A DNA stretch of 64,000 bases, taken from Somniosus microcephalus (Eukaryota). The notes beneath the pieces are model-generated. The model saw only the letters and a list, made by a program, of their open reading frames with translations, did no database searches and had not been told where the DNA came from. Below are positions 1 through 12,390 of the stretch, in pieces. The position numbers were made by a program, and so were the translations under genes. The DNA is taken from the NCBI GenBank assembly GCA_052327205.1, contig CM126225.1, positions 6,696,001-6,760,000 on the forward strand. The letters are read 5' to 3'. How positions within the stretch are numbered: the stretch's first letter is position 1; every line of letters begins with the position of its first letter.

Positions 1-41
1 TCGGGATTTGAAGAGGGGATTTCGCCCAAAAATGAGGCCAT
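1..41 (-). pseudogene. Possible 5' end of a HoxB11 relic, or of another downstream Hox sequence, running off the window
   Basis: ATG at 41-39 reads MASFLGEIPSSNP, weakly like the recalled PG11 start MMDFDERVPCSSNM. It lies at the expected colinear position. Only 13 codons are visible. Confidence 0.25.
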
Positions 42-1094
42 TTTTCTCATCAACTTAGTCAACGTGAAGGATGCAATAACTGATTAGCATGCACGGTGGA
101 TACCACAATACTAAGTAATGAGACAGTTTTTATCACGTAGCTGTCACTTTTGTTGGGTTGTTATAAACTGCACTAGCGTACATTACACCACACTGGGTGA
201 CTGCATTAATTTAGTCCATGCTATAATTTATTTGAACAGGATTAAAAGCTGCAGTGCGCTCCCTGCCAACATTTTGTGCATTCAAGGTCGAGGTGACGGT
301 CTGCTCAGGCACTGAGCCACATCCTGGGTAAACAACAATAAGAATAACTGACTAGAAAGTGAATACAAATTGTAAAGTATACATCAGATGACAAACATCT
401 CTTTACTTTTGTACTGAAATAGATTCCGGCATAAAAAAGAAACCTGGTCAAGTTGTAAATCTGAAATAAGACAAAAACAGAGTTGTGCATTTAAACCATC
501 TAATGTTCCATTCTCGTGCAAGCCCTTGCAGGAATTGTGTAGCATAAATGATGTAAGGCACCAAATTCAATGCAGAAAATGGGCACGTAAACAGAAATTT
601 ACAGATCACTTCGTTTGTAAAGCGACCTTGCAGCTCCTGCAGCATCTGTACCGGCGGCGCTTTTAGTGCTCACCACTTGGCTAATGAAGGGGATATTGCC
701 GTGTATTTCCATAACGCATGCGTGATGTTTAAAAAAATCACAAATATAACATAACTATGACAAAGTGGCAATTCAAAACAGCTTAATTTGATTTTTTTAA
801 TACAAAATTCATAAAAATGCTAATTGAAATTATTTTCCCCAACTAATAAAATGCCACCCGAGTTTAAAACGGCTACAGCTAGGCAGCCGTGTAAGATGGT
901 AAATATCTCCATTTGCGACGGGTAGTCACTCACTTGTGAGGTATTTGGTCTGATGAACGAGTTGCACCCCGAAATGTCATCCTGTTTTTCCCCCTCTCTT
1001 TTCTGGTGCTGGTAGACCTGCTGTGTATTCCCAACGTTTTCTATTTCAATTTGTTCAGCCTTGTTAGTGGATCATCTCCTGACCCCCAAAGCCA

Positions 1095-1400
1095 CCATCT
1101 ACAAGGCGCATCAGGAGCGTGGAACACTCGCCAGTTGCCTGGATGGGGGAAGCCGCAAAAACGTTCAAGAAGCTTGACACCTTCCAGGGAAGAGCAGTGA
1201 TTGGGTATCGTTGCCGCTAGGCTCAATACCCATCACCCTCTCGGTGTATGTACTATCTATACTGCAGTAACTCATCAAGTTTACTTAGACATCCCCTCAA
1301 GAAGGGCAAGAAGAGAAACTTGATGGTAACACCATCACCTGCAAGGCACACATCATCCTGACCTGCACACTCACTGTTCCGGACCGCAAAACGTTCATTG
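1095..1400 (+). mobile_element. Old non-LTR retrotransposon fragment, same family as 55033-55315
   Basis: Degenerate TIYKAQVRSVMEYSP-type ORF2 sequence and a shared AACACCATCACCTGCAAG motif. Confidence 0.5.
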
Positions 1401-1521
1401 CCTCTTGAGATTTATAGGGGCAAAAAATGAAAACATATTTCCCACCCTCAGGGTAAGTGAGCTATATCTTCATACTGCAAGGATGGATCGAATGGCCTTC
1501 TCTTACTTTCTAGATGAGATT

Positions 1522-2545
1522 AACAACAACAACAACTTGCATTTATATAGCGCCTTTAACGTAGTAGAACGACCCAAGGTGCTTCACAAAAGAGTTATCA
1601 AACAAAATTTGACACCGAGTCCCATAGGGGATATTAGGGCAGGTTGGTCAAATATGTAGGTTTTAAGGAGCGTCTTAAAGGAGGTGAGAGAGGCAGAGAG
1701 GTGGAGAGGTTTAGGGAGGGAATTCCAGGGCTTAGGGCCTCAGCAGCTGAAGGCACGGCCGCCAATGGTGGAGCGATTAAAATCGGTGAGGCGCAAGAGG
1801 CCGGAATTGGAGGAGTGCAGAGATCTCGGAGGGTTGCAGGATTGGAAGAAATTACAAAGATAGGGAGGGGTGAGGCCATGGAGGGATTTGAAAACAACGA
1901 TGAGAATTTTAAAATCGAGGCTTAACCGGGAGCCAATGTAGGTCAGCGAGCACAGGGGTGATGGGTGAATGGGACTTGGTGCAAGTTAGGTTACAGGCAG
2001 CAGAGTTTTGGATGAGCTTAAGTTTATGGAGGGTGGAATGTGGGAGGCCAGTCAGGAGTGCATTGGAATAGTCAAGTCTAGAGATAACAGAGACATGGAT
2101 GAGGGTTTCAGCAGCAGATGAGCTGAGGCAGGGACAGAGTCAGGTGATAATAGTGATGGGATGGATATGTGGTTGGAAGCTCATGTCAGTGTCAAATATG
2201 GCACCAAAGTTGCAAACAGTCTGGCTCAGCTTCAGACAGTTGCCAGGGAGAGGGATGGAGTCGATGGTTAGGGAACAGAGTTTGTGGCGGGGGTCGAAGA
2301 CAATGGCTTTGGTCTTCCCAATATTTAGTTGGAGGAAATTTCTGCGCAGCCAGCACTGAAAGTCAAACAAGCGGTTTGACAATTTAGAGATGGTGGAGGG
2401 GTCGAGAGAGATTGTGGTGAGGTAGAGCTGGGTGTAGTCAGCGTACATGTGGAACCTGATGTGTATTTGGATGATGTCACCGAGGGGCAGCATTGAGGTG
2501 AGAAATAGGAGGTGGCTGAGGATACATCCTTAGGGGATACCACAC
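1522..2545 (-). mobile_element. L2-clade LINE 3' fragment
   Basis: FHMYADYTQLY...NFLQLNIGKTKAIVF; tail GGCGCTATATAAATGCAAG(TTG)n. Confidence 0.9.
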
Positions 2546-2682
2546 CCACGAGAAAGTGGTTACAATTCTCTCCCTAATCGACATTTATCATAATACGTCT
2601 CCTGCCTGTGTTGTAATCTATTTATATGATTGTAATGAGGGAAAGATTCAACTAATATTTTTCTAGTATTGTTAATCATGCA

Positions 2683-3230
2683 TAGAACATAAGAACATAA
2701 GAAATAAGAGCAGGAGTAGGCCAATTGGCCCCTCGAGCCTGCTCCACCATTCAATAAGATCATGGCTGATCTGATCCCAACCTCAAATCTTCTATCACTC
2801 TCCATCCACCCGAACCCATGTGATCTCCCGGGAGAGGCGAAAAACCAGATAAAAGACCCAATGGCCAATTTGGGAGAAAAAAATCTGGGAAATTCCTCTC
2901 CGACCCATCTAGGTGATCGAAACTCGTCCAGATCACCCTGTCCCTATATTTTCTACAGTACTTACCTTCTGTAAAGGCGATCTCCACCCCAGCCAGGAAC
3001 AGGAATAAAACCATCTCCTGAAATCTAACACAGAATTAGAACACAGTAGGAGCAGAACCAGGCTACACGGCCCCTGGGCCCACTCCACTGCCCACAGGAC
3101 CATGACCATTCCGAACCTAGACTCATGTCCAATTTCCTGCCCGCTCCCCATAACCCTTAATTCCCTTTACTTCTAGGAAACTATCTATTTCTGTTTTAAA
3201 TTATTTAATGATGTAGCTTCCACAGCTTTC
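2683..3230 (-). mobile_element. CR1 3' UTR fragments, two subfamilies nested
   Basis: Same 3' UTR and ACATAAGA tail as 5235-5350, interrupted by the sequence type seen at 3705-4000 and 51010-51260. Confidence 0.75.
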
Positions 3231-3364
3231 TGAGTTTTGTGAGTTTTGTGAGTTTATTTTGTTTTTGCACTTTACCTGTCTGTGGAAATACACATTTTAA
3301 TGTTCACTTTATTGTCTCTGTACACAAGTGATATAAATCAACAACATCTAAAACTAAATATTGC

Positions 3365-3600
3365 ACAATAACAACAGAAAACGCTGGAAAAACCCAGCAG
3401 GCCAGGGCAGCATCCGTGGAGAGAGGAACGGAGTTAACGTTTCAGGTCAAAGACCCTTCGTCAGAACTGGAAAAAAAGCAGGAAAAGGGATAGATTTTAA
3501 AGCAAGTGGGGGCTGGGAAAAGGGAGAGGGGATGAAGGAACAAAAGGGAAGGTCAGAGATAGGATAGAAAGCAGGAGAGATTAAGAGACATTGAGAGACA
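3365..3600 (+). mobile_element. Interspersed repeat, Penelope-like terminal sequence; related copies at ~22195-22295, 40810-40945 and 50620-50745
   Basis: Recurrent GCTGGAAA..CAGCAGG.CAGG.AGCATC.GTGGAGAGA..GTTAACGTTTCAGG..ACCCTTC.TCAGAAC motif. The family assignment is inference. Confidence 0.55.
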
Positions 3601-3704
3601 TTAAGAGATATTATAACAGATTTATTGTGTCATTTATTATGGAGCGGACTGCAAACGTTGGGCAGCACTGTCAACAGTTTAATGCTCGTAATTCTTTGAT
3701 ATAT

Positions 3705-4420
3705 AAGAACATATGAACAATGACGGACTGGAAAAGACCCTTTGGTCCATCCAGCCTGTCCCGCGTTGCCTCGTGTATCACAGCATATACACTCTCCAGC
3801 GCCACCCACCGAGCACCCCCCCCCCTCCCCCCAACGATGTGATCTCCTGGGAGAGGCAAAAAACCAAATAAAAACCCAGGTCAATTTGAGGGTGGGAAAT
3901 CTGGGAACTTATTCTCCATCTCTCTTAGACGATTGAAATTAGTCCTGGAGACCATTGATAATTCTACACATTACCTACGTTTTATAAGAGGGGATCTCCG
4001 CCCTAGCCAGAAAGGAATTCAGTGAATCGGGTGCACCGCATAAGCTGGTTGCCTATTCCAGAGGTCCTCTATTCACTGGGAAAGGATCACCTCCTGACAT
4101 CTAACCTAGGTCTGGCATTATACAACTTAAAATTCCGACCCTGGTCCTCCCTAACCTATTGAAACAATCTGCCGACTGGAACACAATCTATTCCCTTCAT
4201 CATCCTAAAAACCTCGATCAGATCACCCCGAAGTCTATGATTCTCTAGTGCAGAGACCTAGCTCTTTTAGCCTTTATTGATAGCTAAGATGTTTGAAACT
4301 GGGAATTAGTCTAGTGGCCCTCCTCTGCACCCTCAATATCACCCACCATGTGAGGGGACCAAAACTGGACACAATATTCAAACTGAGGCTTGACCAAGGT
4401 ATTGTACAAGGACAAAACGA
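3705..4420 (-). mobile_element. CR1-type LINE 3' fragment, diverged subfamily
   Basis: Reverse strand has degenerate LYNTLV.PQ.EYCVQFWSP-like sequence and a 3' UTR shared with 51010-51260. Confidence 0.7.
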
Positions 4421-4436
4421 TATGTTTATATATAAG

Positions 4437-4900
4437 AAAGAAATACTTTATAATAGTGCCTTTCACGACCACCGGACATCCCAAAGCACTTTACAGCCAA
4501 TAAAGTACTTTTTGAAGTGTTGTTACTGTTGTAATGTAGGAAACGCGGCAGCCAATTTGTGCACAGCAAGCTCCCACAAACAGCATGTGATAATGGCCAG
4601 ATAATCTGTTTTAGTGATTTTGATTGAGGGATAAAATATTGGCCAGGACACTGGGGATAACCCCCCTGCTCTTCTTCAAAATAGTGCCATGGGATCTTTC
4701 ACATCCACCTGAGAGAGAGCAGAGGGGCCCTTGGCTTAACGCCTCATCCAAAAGACAGCACCTCCAACAGTGCAGCACTCCCTCAGTACTGCACTGGAGT
4801 GTCAGCCTAGATTGTTGTGCTTAAGTCTCTGGAGTGGGACGTGAACTCACAACCTTCTGATTCAGAGGCGAGAGTGCTACCCACTGAGCCATGGCTGACA
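4437..4900 (-). mobile_element. Full-length tRNA-derived DeuSINE (SacSINE1-like)
   Basis: tRNA-like head (TGGCTCAGTGG...GTTCA), Deu core (CAGGTGGA.GT.AAAGATCCCATGGCACTAT...TGTGGGAGCTTGCTGTGC) and an L2-type tail. Confidence 0.85.
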
Positions 4901-5234
4901 CTATATATAATATATATATAAAATCTTCGTTTTTTCCCTTCTTTAGATATATGTACAAGGCATAGTGCAAAATGAAAAAAGATGGAATAAAAATGGCAAT
5001 TATGCCTCACAGGTCTTGATACATCATTCTAAAAGGGACGCCTCCCCACCTCGACTGGAACTGGAGAGCTGCACTTTCCTTTCACATTCCAAAGTTAAAA
5101 TTGCTTAAGGCAATGTCACGGTCGCAACACTCTAATATGTGAAATGCAGGGTCTGGAATGCCACTTGCCGCAACCTCATTACAGAAGCATCCAACGCGCA
5201 CGGGAAATGTCTTTTGCGAAACTGTTCGACAAAA

Positions 5235-5902
5235 GAACATAAGAACATAACATAAGAAATAGGAGCAGGTGTCGGCCATTCGGCCCCTCGAGCCTGCTCC
5301 GTCATTCAATAAGATCATGGCTGATCTTCGACCTCAACTCCACTTTCCTGCACTATCCCCATATCCCTTGATTCCCTTAATATCCAAAAATCTATCAATC
5401 TCTGTCTTGAATATACTCAACGACTGAGCCTCCACAGCCCTCTGGGGCAGAGAATTCCAAAGATTCACCACCCTCTGAGTGAAGAAATTCCTCCTCATCT
5501 CAGTGCTAAATGGCTGACCCCTTATTCTGAGACTATGCCCCTGGTTCTAGACTCTCCAGCCAGGGGAAACATCCTTCCTACATCTACCCTGTCAAGCCCT
5601 GTAAGAATGTTGTATGTTTCAATGAGATCACCTCTCATTCTTCTAAACTCTAGAGAATATCGGCCTAGGCTACTCAATCTCTCTTCATAGGACAATCCCC
5701 CCATCCCAGGAATCAGTCTGGTGAACCATTGTTGCACTCCCTCTATGGTAAGTATACCCTTCCTTAGGTAAGGAGACCAAAACTGTACACAATGCTCCAG
5801 GTGTGGTCTCGCCAGGGCCCTATATAATTGCATTAACACGTCTTTACTTTTATATTCAAATCCTCTTGTAATAAAGGCCAACATACCATTTGCTTTCTTA
5901 AT
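5235..5902 (-). mobile_element. CR1 LINE 3' fragment
   Basis: KKANGMLAFITRGFEYKSKDVLMQLYRALARPHLEHCVQFWSP; tail (TTCTTATG)n. Confidence 0.93.
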
Positions 5903-5937
5903 AAGGAAACTGTACATGTTAAAAACAAGCCATACTT

Positions 5938-6010
5938 AGAAAGATAGATAGACAGTATAGATGGATAGATTGATTGATGATAGACAGACAGTCAGCTAGA
6001 TAGATAGGCA
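5938..6010. repeat. (GATA/GACA)n microsatellite
   Basis: Directly visible. Confidence 0.8.
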
Positions 6011-6241
6011 TGGAACATGTTAACACAGCAGTTCTTACATTTAACACGAGTTAACCCAGCGATTTTTCCATACGTTTAGAATATGGGCTTTGTTAAAATC
6101 TTTGAAGAAATACGCTTCTCTTCAATCGTCAGTAAAAGCAGAAGTTTTCTATTTGTATTCAACTGGTTTGATATTTATTAATGATCCCGTTTCTAAATTC
6201 GACCATTTAGTTCAGTAATGAAATTTGCCCTAGATTTGTCG

Positions 6242-7243
6242 TTATCGAGTCAGTGCGTCTTAATTTTCCTGGTGTTCTTCTGCGCTTTTTAACCTGCGGT
6301 TACATCAATGGCCCTCAGACCTTCACAACTCATTTCCTATAATAATTCGATTTTAAATTTAAAACGAGAACCAATCGTTTCATGTTTAGAAAAGTGTTCT
6401 TCAGAAGTGCTCATCTTTCAGGAACTTGTAATTACGCCTTTGCTTTGCAACTTTTAATTTGGGCTGATTTATCTGAAATGGGAGCCGAATTCCATTGTTA
6501 TCTTGCTAAGATTGAGAGAGTGCGAAAACAGCATTGACCAAACATAAAGTGGCAGTGCGTGTAAATTGGGCGCCAACACCTCACACTTCCAAAATTGTGT
6601 AAATATGCTTTCTGTTAAGGCTTTCAGTCTAGCTAGCTAATCTTTATATATGTAAGCATGCACCTAGCCATCTATAGTCTTAACAGAAAACTAAGTTTAA
6701 AATAATTTAGCTGAACTTTCGCTGCAGTCTATATTAAATATTCCGAATATTTATTTTATAATATTGACTTATCATCAACATGCACTGACCAGCTGAAAGT
6801 GTGATAAATGATTTCTGAGATCCATGCATCAATCACAGAATGTGAGAACTACCCGCCCCCCATTCTACACTGCTTATATCAAAATAGTTTCGATTTTGTA
6901 CACATTATCTCGCATCCATTGTTTTCACAGCGGTTTGATTTTTCTTCTCTGAATATACTTGCACCGCAATAATGAGTTCTTATTGCTGTTGAAACTGATA
7001 TCGTATTCGCTACATTAAAATATATTTTCTGTTTATGTCTTATGCCTAGGAGAAGTGCCATATGTTTCATGTGGGCAATGAATGATTGCTCAGCTTTTAT
7101 ATCTTACCCTTATCAAACATCACATTGAAATGTATATGTACAGTGGATAACGCTGCTTATAATACTACGATTAGATAAGTGTTCCATTTATCTCATGAAC
7201 TCACGCTTTACTTCAAGCGAGTTTGAATATGCTGCTCACAAAT
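6242..7243 (-). pseudogene. hoxb12: HoxB12-like pseudogene (exon 1 ~7243-6664, exon 2 6472-6242)
   Basis: Exon 2 follows a TTTCAG acceptor and reads in one frame SAQIKSCKAKA*LQVPER*ALLKNTFLNMKRLVLVLNLK...VKV*, then NRRLK...ALTR*. Recalled PG12: [59 protein letters not shown]...EQALS. Exon 1 starts ATT TGT GAG CAG CAT ATT CA AAC TCG (ICEQHI-NS vs MCEHNLLNS). Position and strand are colinear with HoxB13. Confidence 0.75.
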
Positions 7244-10200
7244 CGTTTTCCGAGTTAGTCATTGTCAAGACAGTGTATACATTTTAGTCTTTCTTTGACC
7301 TGCACACACATTTACAGAAAACTAATAAGCAGAATATTAAATTGCATCAGAACTGAAATATAGTGCTGATAATTTGATAATTATTTTGTATTTTCAGTGC
7401 AGTCATATAAACTAGTTAGAAAAATCAGATTGAATTATATTCAAATGTGTTAGCCGTTTGATTAATATAGCATTAATACAGCACAATATGCAACAATAAT
7501 AAGCCAGTAACAAAATAGGAGCAATTTGAAAACGTTGAATCAGAAAAAATTCAGGATATAAGAACTACTAAATTTGGCAGAATATTTCTAAAAATTATAG
7601 CGACATTTACCGATATAAAAAGCCGGCTCACCGAACAACTGTTAGGCATGGAAAGGCGTTATATTCAATTACTAAAATATAAATTTTAATCAGAATAGAG
7701 AATTGCCTTTTCAGAAAGTTAACCAAACGTTCTTTATTCTAATTGGATTTTTTTAAGCAAAAGGTACATCTAATAAACAAGGACTTCGTATCATATTTTA
7801 AAAATGTTCTGCCCAAGCTCAGTTAAAAGATATTTTTAAAGATAGGGAATCTGAAATTAAAGTATTGGTTTATTTTGCCTTTAGTAATCGCAACGCTTAA
7901 ACATGTGAATAAACGAATGCACTAATTGCAACTGAGCGTCTGACACCATGATCAGCTGCTGGGTTTATATTGTTCTGGATCAAAACTGTCAAACTAGGCG
8001 AAAGTGCTAAGTTACATTTACAATTAACCCGTGATCCACTGATCGTATTGACCTACACGTTTAAGTGGTTCCAATCAAAATACAATATAGCTACTGGATG
8101 TGTTTAGGTTATATTCATTGCGTTGGTGAAACTTAACTTCTGTTTTATTCCCTGTGGGCGAAGAGAAGAAACAGGCAATTTAGGACGAGTGAAGAATATG
8201 TGGGGATAATTTTCTGAAATTCAAATGGGAGGGAGACAATCGCCTATATGAACTGTATAATCAATTAATGAAATAAAAACATCGTTTGAATCAGTTTCCG
8301 GTCAAGATACATTTCCCATTCATGTTAGTATGGTGAATATAGTTACGAATTTAATTAAACCGCACTTACACACGATACTGTTTGCATTTGTTTTAAAACC
8401 AACCAACTTAAATTAAACTGAATTAACGGCGGATTTTGCCCTCGGTGTATCTTCGTGAACTAATAGCGTCTTTCTTTGCAATCTCTTATCAATTATGTTT
8501 CTTTTTGTCCTGGGGGTGAATCCACAAGTACCCGACCAGAAGGCTGTGAGACAGAAAAGCTAAAAGTGCCACAGCCATTTGTGAAAACAGCAGGGACAAA
8601 GAAATCTCTGAAAGCCAAGACTTGCTGTTGGACTTTTAAGGAATAGCTCGCGCGCGAGAGCTGAAATTGCCCGCAGCAGATTACATTGGTAATTGCAAAC
8701 TTACACATTCTCTCTCTCAAAACTGCCAAACGGTGACTAGCCCATTCGATTAGATTGCATTTTAGCAAAGTCCCTTAGATTAAAAACATCCGAAGTCCTT
8801 GTCGCGCTTGTTTTTGTACCAGAATGTTGCTTTGGCCCTCTGTAACTGCGCAACACAGAAACCAAACAAAAAAAAAATTTTTTTTTTTTAAAAGGCCAGA
8901 CCCTCAGCTTGCCTGAGGCTTTTTATAGATTACAGAGCAGGCGGTCAATTGCAACAGGCTACAATGTACCCGTCACTGACCTGTTTGTACCCAAAGGAAT
9001 GGGGAGAAACGGCAAAGTCTCTTAATGCCTCTCCCTGTCCTTAATTCATTCAGATACAGCAAAGCAAGTTATGACCTTATGAGTTGAAAGTTTTCTTTTA
9101 TCCCCCCCCCCCACCCTCATTAATTTCAGAACTTATCTTAAAACGTGCATCTTATCATCCCATCGCCTTGGTAGCGAGCACTTACTGTATTAGCCGGGGA
9201 ACTTTATGTTCTTTTCTGAGACCAGACCGTTGTCGGGGCCGCGGCGCTCCGTCTGATTTTGACCTTGCCTTTCAAGTTCAACTGCAAGGTCAGGGCTAGA
9301 CACAAAGGAACGGCTAGCCTGAGCTGCAAGCAGTCCTTAACTTAATTACATTCAATGCAATCGAACTTGGTTTCCACCCCCTCCCCCCCCAAAAGAAAAA
9401 TTACAAATAAGAAGCAGCACTTCGCCGTTTTGTCTTTTCCCTCTTCGAATTATTTCTTTATCTCTCACTAATGGGAAATTTTACGTTTGGTTGCGCGCAG
9501 AAAACCGAGAAACAGAAAAAAAAAACTCAATTCGCCGCTGGCGCACTTGAACTTGAATCGCGCCTGATGTTTCCGAACGCTCACCAGGAAAATCATTATT
9601 TTTGCGCCGAGGATTAGAACTAAACCTTTTGAGTATGTGTTAATCGCCTAGATGCAGTTTTGACTTCCTTAATGTTTTAATAAAATGCGCACAGTCTAAA
9701 CGGCGAACTCAGAAAGCTATTATTTGGTTGGCTGTTTGGCGTCATGTGACGGCTAGAAAGATTTGAAATTCTTTGGTGATTTTAAGTTCATTATTTTCAT
9801 GCTTCAGTTAGATTCCCTTACACATCTACATTTTTTTAAATAAATGAACTTTTTTCTAATCCCACTGAATTCGGAACGACGTATTAAAATTGCAAAAAAA
9901 TCACATGGAAGTGAGCTATGGTTAACTGGCCGGGTACATTATAAAGAACATATTTGTGTTTATTGTGCGATTTTTTTTTACTAAAGGACAGCTGCTACAT
10001 TTATTAAATATGAATTGTGTGATTGTTTTGACGGGCCCTCAATCCCAATCCCTCTCTAATACTTGTCTGTTGCTTCCGATTTGTTTTCCGGGCGTTAATC
10101 AAAGATAAGGCGTTGTAGAATATTAACGTCCCATTGTGCAGCTTTATGTTAAATTCCTAATTCTTAGCTTCAATGCGATAACTTTATTGGTTTTCATTCT

Positions 10201-11948
10201 ATCCCTGTCTCTATCTACCTATCTATACATCCACGCACATTGTCAAACATTCTGCAAAGCACGCTGTCCACTTTCACAGAGCAGGACGATACATAGGAAT
10301 CTCACACAAATGGACAGAATTGCTAAAGGAGATCTAGTCAAAAGAATTATAAAAGCAACACACAGGCGCGCTATAATGTGTGTATTTACCTGAGAATGAT
10401 GTATATAAGAGTCTAAATCAGAATTCAATAAGTAGTTGCCTATATTGCTTGGAATCTGTTTTTATCATAAACATCTGTGGATTAGAATACCTGTGTGAAG
10501 CATGTGTGCACAAATAACAGGTATATACAGCAGGATAGATATATACTGTGTGTATATATATATATGTATATCCTACTATATATATAATAGCAATATATAT
10601 TGCATGTGTAAGTGTTTGAAAGATTGATCCATAGATTAAAAAGACAGTTTCTGAAACAGAATTAAATAACGAGTATTAGTATGTGTGAGATTATTTTTAG
10701 CATTTAATGGGACAATTTGAAACCTTTTAGGGCAGAAAAGCTACTTTCGCATATTTGAAAATAGTGCCGTACTCTCACTGATTGATTTGTGCATCTAGTA
10801 GATTGTAAAACTCACAGTGTATGAATAAAGGTTATCGATATCTATTTATCTTCAATACAGTATATTCAGCTCTACTGACCGCTATGAATGAACTAAATGC
10901 TAAACGGTAGCAAACTTACCATTTCAAGTTCTATACCAACCTATAGTTCCAGATTAGTATTTGTATTTATATAAAGACTGATCCAAATTGGCCAAGTTAA
11001 ATATATTTAGGATTCTACTCGGTTCTTAATATCGCTGTGCGTGCACATGCACACATATTCTTAATAAGCTCTAATGTGAACACATTCTTGGAAATGTCCT
11101 GATAAAAACAAATTGTTTTCAAGTGCAGATCGTGTTCTGTGCAAGCTCGGTAATCCTGTTATCACAATAATTGTATAATCACGCCTGGTTTATACACAGC
11201 CAGTCACTTCTGCTCGTGACACAGTTAATGCTGTAATACAATAGTCAGCCTTGGCATATATACATTCTGTAATGGTACAGTCACTCCGGTTACAGTGAGA
11301 CAGCCATTGCTGTTTATAGACATAGTCAGTACGGATCAATCAATTCTGTTGTATGTCGGCTTGCTTTTGTGCAGTTTCTTTAGACTGACCTGACCTATTG
11401 GTTAAACATACCCCATTGTATTTATGATGATTATTAACTCAATTGGAAACGTCTCTGCTGTTAGATAAGCTCCAAAAATACCTTTTGCCTTCAACGTTTT
11501 GCATTCATTTCATCTTGCTGCATTGTGCTAAACTTCCATTGAATTTACTGCAGCAGCCATGAGCCCGTGTGTGAGCAGGGTTTCAATGCTGGTAAAAGTA
11601 TAATTCAAGTTCAAGCGCAAAATAATCAGGACTTTACATCTCAGTGTTTCGATTGGCGCGAATTAAATGCAATGACCACAAATACTCCCTGCAGTTTCCG
11701 GCCTCTCAATTGATTATTCATTTATCTACCAAGATGCTTTAGCTTAAAGGTTTCGCAGTAGCTCTAAATTGCTTCCTATACGCAAAGTGATTTTTCTGAT
11801 TTTTTTAAATTTCTGATGTGCTAAAATTTGAACTATCTGCAATAATTTTGCAACGTAAGCATTTGATATAATAGTGTTACCGGCTCCACGTGCAACAGGC
11901 GATGCGAATAATCGTACCGATTTGTCTAACGTAACGCACAATGATATA

Positions 11949-11985
11949 TGTGTGTGTGTGTGTGTGTCTGCGTGTGTGTGTGTGT
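11949..11985. repeat. (TG)n microsatellite
   Basis: Directly visible. Confidence 0.9.
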
Positions 11986-12247
11986 ATACAGGGCGCGTGT
12001 TTGTGTGTGGAGGAGGGGAAATTATCGTAGCAATGGTTCTTCAGTCAATTGACTGGGCAATATTGTCAAATAGCAAAAGAGAACATAAGGCGGAAAGCGC
12101 TGCAGCCAAACAATTATTTGTTTAATGAATCGGGATTAAAAATGTCCTTCATTTTGGACTATTTCTGTGCGAGCTCGGTACAAACTCAGCCTACATGTTT
12201 AAACAAAGGCTGGCCATCCAAGCGCCGTGCTTGTGTTATGGAACTAT

Positions 12248-12390
12248 TAGCCAGAAGATGGCGCACTTGCTCTACTCATGCTGGCCCTGCCCAGGTCAGA
12301 GCACCAAAAAAGCGTTCGATTATTCATGAGCTGCTAGAAGTCAAGATCACTGGCGAAGGCGCACGTGACTGCCAAGGTCAAGGTCAAAGG
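12248..12390. promoter_or_regulatory. Candidate cis-regulatory module 3' of HoxB13
   Basis: CTCF/YY1-like CCAGAAGATGGCGC at 12251-12264, E-box CACGTGA at 12362-12368, perfect DR0 AGGTCAAGGTCA at 12375-12386. Confidence 0.45.
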
